DNA from: Balanoglossus misakiensis | Lineage: Eukaryota > Animalia > Hemichordata | Length of the DNA: 64,000 nt | Direction: 5' to 3' | Assembly: GCA_040954595.2 (NCBI GenBank) | Contig: CM082581.2 | Coordinates: forward strand, 13,031,921-13,095,920 | Shown here: in pieces, positions 49,901 through 64,000 of the stretch | How the letters are laid out: each line of letters starts with the position of its first letter | How positions within the stretch are numbered: position 1 is the stretch's first letter | Position numbers and translations under genes: made by a program | The notes under the pieces: model-generated | Told to the model about the DNA's origin: nothing | What the model saw: only the letters and a program-made list of their open reading frames with translations | Databases searched by the model: none

Positions 49901-52900
49901 GCCATCATGGCCATATGGGCAGTCATGGTATTGTTCTGGCTGGGAAACTGGTTCCTCTTTTGTGAGGTGAGTACATGCAAGTATACTAATCTGATGTACA
50001 TCAGCTGTCGACATGTTCGAGACACACTTTGTCTAAAAAATATGCAAATTGTCAGTGCAGCGATAAAGCTTTGATTCACAGCAATCAAACGATCTCGGAT
50101 ATTTAACATACATGTACGTCACTTGCTGATTTATTGCTCTGGGCTTTTGGAATATCTCAGGTTTTCTGTTCGTTCTTACACAGCTGCAGTATAGGTCATA
50201 AGGTTATTGATGTATATCTGAAAGGCACTACACTTATCTTCATAATTCCTGACAGTGCTGTTTTACTTCATATTTTGCATCTTGATATCAAATATCAAGA
50301 TTCAATTTGAAACTGACAAGCATTAAGCTTTTCTCTTCATTGTATGGTTTCTAGAATTGTTTAAGCAATCATTAGTATATTCCTGAACTAATTTGTCTAA
50401 ACTCGCACTATAACATGACACTTTGTCTTGCATCAGAGTGTCTTTCCTCTGTAAATTCTGGATGACCAATTAATGCCATCATTGCATCGTTGAGAAGAGT
50501 GTGTAGGGCATAATAGGATTCATCCAAAGTTCACACATGGAAACTGACAGTGCGCTGTGGCTTATAGATGCACTTTATATAAAAGTACCTGACAGTGCAG
50601 AGAACTGGTTTCAATTCGTGATGTGGATTGAATATCAAGTCGTGATATTCTTGCAGGCAGCAGTGACAATATCACAGAGTGACTTGTTAATAATGCAGAA
50701 ATAGACATGAAATAATCTTCTTGTATGTAGCTGAAACCAGTCCTATTTTTAAAGGAAATGATAATGTATCTGAAAAATTGAATACATTTGGAGTCTATAG
50801 GGAGAAGTATTAACTAAGAAGGCTTGATTGAATACCTGAGTAGGTGTAAGTTATTGAGTAGTCAAGGAAATGCCAGTGCGTTCTAATCCTTTCGGTATCG
50901 CCAACCAATTTAGAATCAGCACTGCATTGGTTTCTTCTCAATTTCCTGAGAAGATCTCGTGTTTTTTTAAGGATTTACAAACAGCCTGGCGCAGCACGTG
51001 TATGGCTGTGTTAAGTGTGTGGGTGTTAGGCTATCAGACAATATCAGCAGACCTCACATTTGCCATCACCAAAGCAAATTACTGTCTGAAGTGGATGCAA
51101 TTAGTCTGTGTATGCAACTACATGTATACGTGGTTGTGCAGGTGGTGACATCATCATGATGTGTGTGTGTGTGTCTACATGCATATTCTATGTGGATCTG
51201 CATCAAAATTTCACCCTCATTTTAAAAGGAGATTTCAGCTGCATCAGCTGAAGCATATTCACTTTCACAAAGACAAAAGCCAACACACAGAATATCTATG
51301 ACAGAGGAAAAAGCTTCAGGCTATGATCTATTTTTAAAGGGACAGATTTGCTCACATTTCACATAATTTTAGGAGAATTTATTCATGAAATCAAACAGAG
51401 TTCTGTTCTCAGAAACGTGTTGGTAAAGACTGACTCCTGGGGCTGCAGAAATATTGACGCCAACTACAGCATTGATGTCACGACTTAAAGATTGAATGTT
51501 GTGATATTCATGTATGAATTGTGTGTGCACAAATTTTAATCATGATTCCTTGTCTCTCTTTCTGCAGTTTTCTAATCCTTTACACAAGGTGTTATTTATA
51601 GCTCCTGCCTTTAAGATCCTTCTCGTCATCCTGGCTTTCCTATGGTGGCATGGAATTGAGAAAAAAGGTATGTCACGTCTCATTTTTCCACCTCAGACTA
51701 AAACAAAGATGTCCTTGCGACACCTTTGAAGGTATTTAAGTTTATGTTTGCTTTTTAATTTCCTCTTTAAGGGGATGATAATGTAAAGGACATTTTAAGT
51801 TTCATTCACTTGAAGACCAAAAATGTGCAGTGACCTCACCAAGTGATCATCTCACACATGCACTGCACATTCATTTCCTTGTGCCTGGCAGTCTGGCCTT
51901 GTGACTGTGATGAAGGGAAGTGTGCATGTGCACACATCACCTACATGCAGTGCGTTTGCAATTACAGGTGTGCAATTGAATTCAAAAAGTGATAGCGCAG
52001 AGATTAGACAGATACAACATGATACAGTTGAATGACAGATGAAAGATTAGATGTACATTGTACATGATCAGTTATCTTGCAAACATTATGACATCACATT
52101 GTGAGTGTTGTAGTGCTCATAAAACTGTTGAGATGGAGTGTTTGCTTACTAAATGCCAGGCCTGACAGTCTAAGTCTCAATGTCTGACATATAGTACACA
52201 GACCAATGGCTCTGTGGCATTTATTTGATTGACAGAAAGTGGAACGCACTGACAGATATTAAATTTTGTCACATCTAATGGAGGTAAAATTGATATAGTT
52301 GAGAGCATGATGTGTCTTATGTGTGATGTTGAAAGAGAAATTGATCCAAGAGATGACTCGCTGACCAAATTAAACCTTCTGAACTCTTCAGACTGTACAT
52401 CGAACATACACTAGACATAAAACCAAATGCTTCAATGAGCAGAGAGGTTTCTTATTTCTGCTTGTAACATGGCCACTAATGATCTGTCTGTGATGACTGT
52501 AGTGATCTTCTACCAACGCTATGTGATTAATAGCGCATGTAGAGACTCTGGGAAGAATAGAAAAATAACTAGCCTGTCGTTTTCTATGGAATGAGAGATT
52601 ACAAGGCCACCCTTGGACATGTGTATGATAAATGGATACAATTATGCTCTCTCTAATGCCCAGGCACTGAATCCCAAGCAATAATGATACTCAGAGAGAT
52701 CGTCCAAAGCGTTGAAGATGCCATGCTGTTCTTGACAATGATGATTGCCTCGGAAGGCTGGTGCGTGTTGCGTCCAGACATCCGTCGATTCAGGTGGATT
52801 TTTGTATTTGGTGAGTAAAAGATGAAAGTATTGTTCACAGTTTCTATAGGATTTGTTCTGCCATCACGAAATTTGTTCATCTTATACAGCCTGAATGAAA

Positions 52901-55498
52901 TCCACCCTACTTCTGCCTATAAACGCCAAGGTTTATTTCATCAGTGGGAAAATGCAATTACTTGTCTGCTAGCTACAGTATTTCATTACCAGAAAATAAA
53001 ATTTCCTTGAGAGAGCTGGATTTGTGGCCTCCAGACATGTACTGTGCTTCTCCACCCAGGCCTTTCTTGATAGCCTCATTGCACACTGCAGATGTGAGTC
53101 ATTTCTGGAAATAGCAGCAAGAATGAATCAAATTTTAGAATGGAGAGAAACATGATCACAGTTGTTTTGTGATTCAGTTTTGGTCACGCGCTCTCCAAGG
53201 AAAGCAATTATCTTCAAATTAATATCAAATTCTCTCCATATGTAGAATTAACATCAAATTCTTACAAGTGATAAAAGTACAGATTGAAGTTTAAATTAGT
53301 CTGTGAAATGAATTCCAGGTTACTTTTCTAAGGAGAAGGGATTTCTATTGAGTATACACGAGGCTCAAAGTAATTGTGTGTACAGCCCAAGCAGATTAGA
53401 TTATTCACCTTCTTAAGTAGGGAAATAAGGAAATTTTGTGACTAGGCATCAGTTTTTCAGGACGTGCAGTGGAGACAGATTTTCAGAAAAATTATAGTCC
53501 TCCAAACCAGTTTCAGTTCTTTGTGATATTGAAGTGTGTGAGGAGTCTTTTTGAAAAACGGAAGAAAGCTGGGTGTTCACCGTCTTATTTTTTATAAAAA
53601 ATCACTGCTTTAAATTTTCTCCACAGAGATTGGTTAGCGCAATACTGACATGACTGACAACTTAGTTCTGATCTGTACTGTACACACTGATCTTGCCCTT
53701 CGGTACTAGGACATACATTGTCGTCATCATTAAGTTTTTATGTGGAAAATATGACATTTTGGTAGGCCTTCAAGCTCTTCAGTAACCTGACAATAGACAA
53801 GTCAGCAATGTTTGTAAAGTGATATGAATAATTCCTGGCATGACATTTAAAGTGTTTAAAAAGGCATCTGTTGTTCTGTGTTGAGAACCGTGTACACCAT
53901 GAGTCTGACAGTTGATCTCTGTACATGTGTGTGGGTGTACTTCTGTTGTTTAAGAACTAAATTGGTCAGCTTGACATGTATTCAGGTCCTGAATCCCGTA
54001 GGACGTTATTTTGTCACACAATGTCTTTTCTGGTGATTTGTGATTGTAAAAATGTCAGAACTGATCAATAGCCTATGAGTGACCTGTCCTCTTGATAAAT
54101 CTTGTTTATTCCATGGGGATATGTAGTCTCAAAAGTATTTTTCTGAAAGTTCGTCAACCCTTTTAATTCTTTTCAACATTAGAGTTTTATGAAGTTTTTT
54201 TGAAAAAAAAATCAGTGTATTCACTAATGCATTTCCATGAAAACTCATAAAAGTGAACAGTTTAAAAGAATCTGCATGCAAAGTGTGGGAAAAAGATGAT
54301 ATCAAAGATGGAAGCTTTCGGTGAAATGAAAACACAACCAATGACTTGTACAGTTACTTGGTTTTAGATAGTGTATTATCATGGTGATCATAATGAAAAG
54401 CTCTTCCTCAAATAAAATCTAATTATTTACTGCGCTCTAACACTCAATTTAATTATCCAGAAAGAGAAGTCAATAAAACGCTTAGTAGAAGCCATTGTAA
54501 TTCTTGAGGAGTGTAGATTGTTACTTGTAAGGAATGAGCTCAAATTCCCTAGTGAGTATGGGAATACCTTGTCTTACATGAACAAGAAGTTGACGGAATA
54601 TACCAAGTATGGTCACTTCTAATTTACATATGCCTATATTTGGTCAAAAATGTCTGTCTGAGTCTTTGAATGACAAGTATTCTCACATTAATTTTTTTCA
54701 CCCAAAAGAGCTATTGTATTGTGCTTGCTAATTTCAAGTGTTTACCTTTGCATACTAATTTTTATTTCTTGTTTAATTGCAGTTGTTTTTATGATTTTCA
54801 CTGGGTCTGTTCTCTGTGTTACATGGGTCCACAGTTACTTTCTGGTAAGTATCCCTGTTGGGTGTACATGTAGTCCCAGTGTTGGATATCATGGGTGAAA
54901 ATCATCTGTATGACAGGCATTACCAATGCTCTCTCCATACATGAACCTGTTTGTGTTCCCCTTGCAGGCTTTTGCTGTATGCAGTGTTGTGTTTATAATG
55001 TACAGAAGCCTCAAATGGTGCTCCTACAACATTGAACATCTCAGGAGGCAGCTGGCAGAAGCCCAGAGTTTTGTCAGCCGCATGGAACTGAAATACCTGG
55101 GCCAGATCACCGTCCAGGATCAGTTGAAAGAAAAACTTAGCATGTATGTCAAGCTCAGACTTGTGTGCACCACCTATGCCATGCTGTATGCTGTCATAGT
55201 GACGCTGGCGACGTTTCTCAGCGAGTACACCTGGATTAAGACCTTGACTTTTGAGATTCCGGAACTCGCCGTCTATTTTGCCATCGGATTCATCTTCCGG
55301 TTGCACAATTTCTCTCAGTACGAGAATATCCGTGTAACAGCCCCGAAGGAGACCTCCGTGGTTTTCATTCTGCCGCACGACTACACAGTTGGCACCAGGA
55401 AGAGGGTTGTCCTTGGCCATCCGCTCAACGTCACGACAGAGACATTTGAAATGGTCTCCGAAGACCTCAAGCCCGGAAGAAGACCATTTGTACAATGA
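40948..55498 (+). CDS. GOST / lung seven-transmembrane receptor family protein (GPR107/GPR108/TMEM87/GPR180/TMEM145-like); 8 exons, ~501 aa
   Basis: Exons 40948-41166, 45482-45541, 47493-47738, 49826-49966, 51568-51667, 52664-52810, 54783-54844, 54968-55498 splice in frame. Signal peptide, SFGF motif, lumenal domain ending LLNPDQSHLSSDESTMPDIY before TM1, NPLHKVL at TM2, IASEGWCVLRPDI after TM3, KLSMY before TM6, IGFIFRLHN after TM7. Confidence 0.75.
42411..42690 (-). mobile_element. tRNA-derived (SINE-like or tRNA pseudogene) segment followed by T-runs and two long hairpins
   Basis: Minus strand 42690-42618 reads AGACATCGTAGCCTAGTGGTCAGGGTACTGGACTTGCAATTGTAGGGACCTGGGTTCAATTCCCGGACCTGGA, with A box TAGCCTAGTGG and B box GGTTCAATTCC; anticodon and acceptor stems pair poorly. 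Inverted repeats at 42524-42566 and 42411-42467. Confidence 0.65.
43764..43848. repeat. (CAGTA)n pentanucleotide microsatellite
   Basis: Perfect tandem array. Confidence 0.95.
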
Positions 55499-56300
55499 CT
55501 GATGTGTATCTAATCAGGTGTGCACAATATGTCCATTCCCCTGTCACAACCATAATGGTGTGGTCTTGTCTACAGATATCAATATGGAATGATCCATCAT
55601 CAGAAATCAACGGGGAAGAGAGAAAAAACTCATCTGATTAGATCTCAAGAACAGTACTATGAACTGAAGAGTTATATTCGTGGGGCTATATAAACAAGAG
55701 AAACTTGATTGCTTTTATATGAAACATAATTATATATTTCACTGATTCGAGTAACTACACAAACACCCAAGAGAGCTGATAGTCTTACGTAAAGCCTTTT
55801 ACCTCAAGAGTTAGAAGTGTTCTGAAACACTTGAATACAATGTGTAGAATTTTCTTAGATCATTGACACAGTAGGCTGAGATATATCACAGTTTCTTTTC
55901 ACCTCTAACACACAATATACGGCTAGGGATTTAAAACTGTCAACTAATGTTACTGGGCAATTAATCACAAAACAGTAAAATTGGCCAAATGCGTCAAATT
56001 CGTGCCAATGGGCACTGTGTGAGTCATTGATATAACTGATGTGTTTTTTCAGTTATACAAACCCACCAGCAACATTTTGATTAGAAAAAAAGATTAACTT
56101 TGCAGAGGCTGTGTTTTTAAGTATACAAGAGACTTATAGTAAATTTTAAATAATTTAGCAAATCATCTCATGAAATACAATGGAATAGGCAAATCAAATG
56201 AAATCTGCAGTTGAATTCATGAACCTCCATTCTGCTGATTGGCGTGGATTGTTTTCAGTAACTGCAGTCAAAACTACCTTATCCCAATTTTCTTTGTTGC

Positions 56301-56461
56301 GGTAGGGGACTACCCAGATATAGTGCACAGGTAGCCTTTATTTTATAGTCCATCATCGCCTTATAGGTAGACTCTTGAGAAAACGCTATTGTTATACTGT
56401 TATTTTCTTGAAATTCTGGTTGGGAATTGGCAATATTTTTGATTTTGAGTAGTCCCCTACC
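56301..56461. mobile_element. MITE (~160 bp), Kolobok-like termini
   Basis: 13-bp TIRs GGTAGGGGACTAC / GTAGTCCCCTACC; right flank TTAA, left flank degenerate (TTGC). Confidence 0.65.
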
Positions 56462-59412
56462 TTAACACAACTCAGGAGAAGAGATCCTTGAAAACAATTA
56501 TTTTGGGGTTTATTGGTGTAAAATATTATAAAAGAGAATTTTTAGTTTATAATTGATTTATGTCTAAAACGGTGCAATCACTACTTAACAGAAATGTGCT
56601 GTAAAAGGGGTAAAGTATCAGATCTATGGAAAGCTATGTATGTCTAAAAAATTACTGGGTGGAGGTACAACAGCAGTTTTAAGTTGTTGCAATATACTAT
56701 AGAAATATACACACATACAGTATACCATATATGCTATACTAAACTTTCATATATAGATGTATATTATCATATTTATCTAAAGAACTTATTTTTCATAACT
56801 TTCACTTTTGATCCAAAAACATGTATATTTGTCACAGTTTTTTGTCTATCATGCTCTGACTTTTTCACTAAAACAATGTCTATGTCCACTTCTTCTAATT
56901 TGTGAGGATTGATCTCAAGCTTGAAAGAATCATTTTTATGTCTGTACGTGATTTGCTGCCAGAAGCCTTCAGATCTCTGATGGTGGGAAACATACAGTTA
57001 TGCTGGCCGGGGTCAGACTGGGCACAGTTTTCATTCTAACCTTTGATCTTTATTCCAATTTTGACGCTGTGTTTTATGCTGGTCTTAGTAGGCACATTTA
57101 TTTTCTTGCGCTCTAAAGTCAAAGGGCAAAGTAATCATTCAATTAATGATGGCTTAACAGGTGCTTGTTTTCGTAAAGAGGCTGAAAAAAAAGAGTTTTA
57201 TTTTTGTACAGTATTTGATTAATATTTTGTATATTTTTTGTCATTGTTGTTCCATTAGAGTCATTCAAGTATCACATTGTTCAATACAAAGTTTTAAACA
57301 GAAGTTTTAAACATGGCTGATTTGAGCCAGTATCATTTCACCAATGATTTTCCTTTGGCAAATCACTCATTGAATTTTATTTCAAAGTGAAACAAGGTGA
57401 CCATATGATTTTATTTGATAAGTGAATTGAATTTCTTTTGACTGAGCTGTTTGCAAAATTGCATTTTCCAGCAATTCTAAATGTAATCCTATGGGAAGAG
57501 ACAAGTTTATCATTCTCACAGTGTGCGTTCATCCTTTTATAATCTCTCTTGCCATGAGATGCGCAAGTTTCATCAATAATATAATACTAACATGTTAGTT
57601 ATCATAAGGCTTAATTTTAAGATTTTCATTGCAAATTGTTTTAAAACCTTTTAAGACAGTGCAGGTATTACCTGAAGGACTGTAATGTTCTTCAGAGAGT
57701 AGTTATCATTCTTTCTGGTTTTTAACCTCATTACATACAGTGCAAGACATATTGTAACCCATGGCTTCAAAGCTTGCTAGGAATGTATTTTGTTTTACAA
57801 ATGCACTGGTAGTTTTCCATCCAACAACAGGGGGAGAAATGGGTCTAGAGTACTCAGTGATTTATAGATTTGCCCTCAAGATGAAATGACCTAGTTTTTT
57901 GTATCTATCAAACTTCAAGAGAATGCCCTTTCAGAATTTGAAACATTCCTGGGTTTGTGATGAAAGCAGGAGTGAACAATTTCATGATGGCATCTGTAAA
58001 CTGCAGGTGATGGTTTTATTTCAATCTCTAACATTGAGAACTCATCACATGCGAGTGATGGGTTTTATTAATACCATTCTACACAGCAGAATAAGTGTTG
58101 GTCGGGATTCACTGCTTTTGATCAACAATGCATCAAGCAGCTGCACTTTTCTGACAATAAGTGATGAAACGCTTGATTTCAAAGGTTATTTGGCAGTTCA
58201 CAAGAAATTTTATTTTGATAAGCATGCATCACAGCAGATGTCCCTAACCATCCTACTGCACTTAAACAGAAAAGTCTCTTTAAACTCTTTGAAACTAGGC
58301 CGGAAAAAAAGCATATGACTCTTTGGGTCGCCAAGAGGTCAAAGTTCAGTCATAGGTCTCTGCAGTTTGATATCACACCAGTAATTAAATATGCTATGTT
58401 GTAAGAAATCTGGTATAAACAAAGATAGATTCATGGACGTACATTTGCATGATCTGGATATAGTATTATGACTTGAGCAAATGACAGCAAACTTCCAATG
58501 GGGATAGAGCACAACACTTGTGCTAGCTGCCCTATATAAATTTCATAAACAGATCTCTCACTCAACAAATCACCTTGAAACCCCAAAGCAGAACAGTTTT
58601 GCATGACAATCTTATTTTTCAATCATATACTCTGTTCATTGATGTTCAGTTTGCATAGAATATATCTGAATGTAAACCCAATTACATGTTGAGCTCCAAC
58701 CAAAAATTTAATGTAATGGAAAGTGGTAGTGTTTAATATGGTTAACATTACAGCAAGGAATCCTGCAGTAAAACCTTTCAAGTGAAGTTTTGTTTCTTGA
58801 AAACTACTTTCTGCTGTTCTGATCTGAAGAAAAAGATGGTAAAATACTTCATCAACATCTTTTTGCCAAATGGGAACATAGTAATAAGCATACAGTGCAT
58901 TCTGTGCTAATAATAATAGAATAATAACATTTACATCTAGCAACCCTAAATATATGAATGATGTAACTATATTCAATCACAATAGAGTTTTAAAAATAAT
59001 CTATAGTATACTTATTCACAAAAGCTGACAGCTTATGCCTTATATGTATGAGCTGTCAGTATATCGGATAACAAAGAAATTTCAGGTGAGGTCTTGTGCA
59101 TATTTGTATGAGATTAGCATATCAATATGTAGTTTGCATATATCTATACATGTAATATTCAATTAGAATATTCAGTAGTTTTTGCATTGTCTTTTTGTGA
59201 AAAACAACTTTGCATGGATTATTAAGAGGTTATTTTTGTCAGTGTATATAAGATGGTAATCGCAACATATCAAAACTGTGTCAGAAAGTCACAAATTTAT
59301 CGTAATATGCTTAGGCAACGTTAAATAGGTCAGTGATCACTGTATCTGTGCCAGTGAATTATGGGAGAAGTTGGCAACTCCAGCCGGAGTATATCATTAA
59401 TGCATAAGAACT

Positions 59413-59505
59413 TTAACCCGTTCACCCCCAGTTGCCTCTATAGAGGTCCAAATTTACCATAGAAAACAATGGATTTGGACCAAACCATGGTGGTGAAAGG
59501 GTTAA
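59413..59505. mobile_element. Very short piggyBac-like MITE (85 bp) with TTAA on both sides
   Basis: TTAA-CCCGTTCACC...GGTGAAAGGG-TTAA, with an internal inverted pair GGTCCAAAT/ATTTGGACC. Confidence 0.65.
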
Positions 59506-62221
59506 AGTTCAAGACACAGCAGAAAAGAAAGTTCACATGTTGCCCAAAGACACAATGTTATGCTTTAAGAGAGTCTGTAATATGCTCATTGTATAGTGAA
59601 AGATTTGATGCAATTAAGCCCTGAACATTGAGAAACACTACTACATATTAAAATGTAGAAAATATGTAACTTGGTCATACTGGCAGCATATTACAGGGCT
59701 TGAATTTAGCAAATGGTCTGTCTGCCTGTATTCCTGATAGCATTATCAACTTTGCCGCTGTATATTTTAGATACAGGAATGTAATTGTAAATATGGAAGT
59801 GAGTTTTCAATGGAATAGGTTGGCAGTTATTTCAGAAGTGAAAGCTGATCCTTTTTTGTTGTAAGGAAACTAACATTGTGTACAGTTGATATGTATTTAC
59901 AGATACATCTTTTTAAAATTTCTGTACAGTATTTATATAAAGTTATTAAACAGGCTGAAGCATTGTGATATTAATGTTTAAAAATGACGTGTGGGATATT
60001 TTTGTTGCCCATTATCTTTATGGACATTGCTTTTTATTATGACTATAATTAATTAAGACAAGATCAAACCTACATCAAAAGGTGAACATAATAAATTAAA
60101 TGGTCCAGTAGGTGTATTTTTTATTAAACCTTGCACGAGATCGTAAATCACTTTCACTCGCCAGAATCTATCGGAGGCTTCTGCACAGGTGGCCACCAAG
60201 CTATGTACCTACAAAATGTACTCCAAAAGTGTTGAAAAAGCACATACTTGGCAATTCTTTATGTTTTACAGAGTCGAACAAGAAACCAAAGTTGATATCC
60301 AAAACAAAAATACTGAGAAAATAGCCCAAAGTTGGATGAAAATGAATGAAATGGAGTTTATAAAGTTTATTTGTTGGTCTATTATAATAATTATAACGTA
60401 AGGACCATCGATCATATTGATGCGTAGGGAAACGTAATTCCTTTAGGGAGATCAGATTTCGATTCATTTTCCGTGCTTAGAAATCGCAATTAAGGATGAT
60501 CAATGCAAAAGGTTGAGTAACAAACAATTATGTTCTGAAGGTCATCGAGGTCACCACCAAAATAAGAACGAGTGACGTTGTTCTTGCGTCAGCTCGTATG
60601 ATCGACGGTCTCTAATTGACCGCACGATGGCGCTATTAATCCCCTCGCAGTATCGGCAAGACGAGAATATAAGAAAGCCGGGAGTACTCCCGTGTCGTGA
60701 AAGATCTAAGAAGTTTGCTGCTATGAATCGGCACAAACTCAAAGCTAGTGCGGTCTTTTTGATTTTTCCTCCTTCAGTCATCATACAGCAATCTCCAGAC
60801 GCTTATGCAAGAATGAACTTTTAGATTAATACAGTTCAGGTATTATTCCCAAGGAACAGTCTGAGAAACCAAATCATGCGATCTTAAATATGCCCCTAAT
60901 ATTGGTTATTTGACTTCTTGACGAACAGGCCACTGGTGGTTGACCTTGGTTGACCTTGGGGGCAACCGTCGTATTCTATTACTCCAACTTGCTAACAAAA
61001 TTGCATATCAACAAGTGACATATCTTTATATGTGAACCTCGATATGACCGACGACGTTCACTTGTCTACCTAACCCCGTTGCTATGAAGCTGTGCGACGG
61101 TCGCTATGGCGATGAGAATGGAGTACTCAAAAGTGCTGACGTCACGCATAGTGATATATATGGCCGTATAAGGAAACAAACCGATGTCCTTCATGACCGA
61201 ATGGGAAGCCAACTCAAGTTGTGGATGTGATGGCTGAGAGATATTGCCCACATCCTCTTCACGGTCACGAAAATTCAAATATCAAAACGAGTACGGGGTT
61301 GTGGGAGCCAAGACTATGAACAATACTCCCGGAAATGGTGGCAGAGATAAAACATGAAAATTCACTTCCCAAGGCCAGACACTGCCATTTTGCTGTAAAT
61401 ATCTGTGATATTCGCCATATGTATTTACGTCACACGTGCACAATTAAATCGTTTTGTGAAATAATCATTGCACGGATCACCGACTTCAGGGGCAAGGTCT
61501 GAACGAACATATCGCAGAAACGATTTTAGTCTTTCTTTCTTTTTCTCTCTCTCTCTCTCCTTAATGAAAACAAATTGTGAAACCGCTCACGTAACAACAA
61601 CGATCTGGTTTCTTGGAATAATGAACAATCGGAGAGACAAAATGTGCCATTTTAAAGGCAGTGTTATAATAAATCTGCGAGTCTGTTTTTCTGGGATTTA
61701 CTTGTCTGGCCTCTGCAGCGGTGACCGTGATGCGTCTTGCGGGGAGTATCACCATATGTCGTGCGTGCCGCCCAACCGCTGCGTGATCCAGGATTAGGTT
61801 ACTCTTCCATACCTAAATAAGGATATAAACAATTCCTACTATTCTGGTCTCTTGCCTGGACCAGAGAAACTATAGAAACAGGGGAAACAGCTTCACTTTC
61901 ATGATAGTTTCGTGAGTTTTGTTTTATCTTTGCCGCAGAGCTAAAAACTGGGAAAATACGCATTCAAACAATGGGGATGAAAATAATTCGGTACCGCTTC
62001 GAAAATTGCAACTGGTTGCATTACTTTCCAGAAAGCTACCCCTCTTGTACTGGGAAGTAGTCCCTTCCCGGAGTGCAAATGGAAAATTCCGCACTTTGCA
62101 GACCCCCTGGTTTAGGAGAACTCTTCCCGCATTGGCATAAGATCGGAGTTTCAACGCCCGTCTCCTTCTGATCCGCTTTCTTACTCTTGGATATTTCCTC
62201 TGGAATAACGTACAAGCAGCC

Positions 62222-63868
<1,647 letters not shown>

Positions 63869-64000
63869 TGAAAACTAATGCTACGAACGAGGACAGAAAT
63901 TTATATCTAAAGTCATCATGTTTCATGAGGACAAATGTCATCGTGTCACCTTCGTTTCCCACATACATTTTTCCTATCAGAAAAAATCTTATTTCCAGTG

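Noticed and set aside
54920-55495. 191-aa antisense ORF
   Set aside because: Mirrors the last exon of the GOST gene; no independent signals.
55496-55513. TGA-CTG stop context of the GOST gene
   Set aside because: Close to the UGA-CUAG readthrough motif but not identical; it would add only X-LMCI with no recognisable targeting signal or downstream structure.
61812-61822. CArG-like box upstream of the myosin light chain gene
   Set aside because: CC(A/T)7GG has one base too many for the SRF consensus.

Overview
Eukaryotic (animal) genomic DNA, AT-rich and intron-rich. The gene set and mosaic CpG pattern suggest a marine invertebrate, possibly a deuterostome, but the species cannot be determined from sequence. 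Six protein-coding genes were reconstructed by splicing: (1) an intron-poor, GC3-rich mGluR-like class C GPCR (+, 7479-11112); (2) CCDC125 (-, 11 coding exons); (3) MRPL43 (+, 3 exons), head-to-head with CCDC125; (4) NOC3L (-, 16 exons, one GC-AG intron), tail-to-tail with MRPL43; (5) an 8-exon GOST/lung-7TM family membrane protein (+), head-to-head with NOC3L; (6) the 5' end of a myosin regulatory light chain gene. Non-coding features include an internally deleted hAT transposon, two MITEs, a tRNA-derived element with twin hairpins and several microsatellites. The best lead is a candidate stop-codon readthrough signal in the mGluR-like gene: UAG-C, an 8-nt spacer and a perfect hairpin, which would add a C-terminal PDZ-type motif (-SSI). 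The same receptor has an altered ligand pocket and a uORF-packed leader. No prokaryote-type system (CRISPR, operon) is present. Gene identities come from motif recognition by eye; no database search was run.
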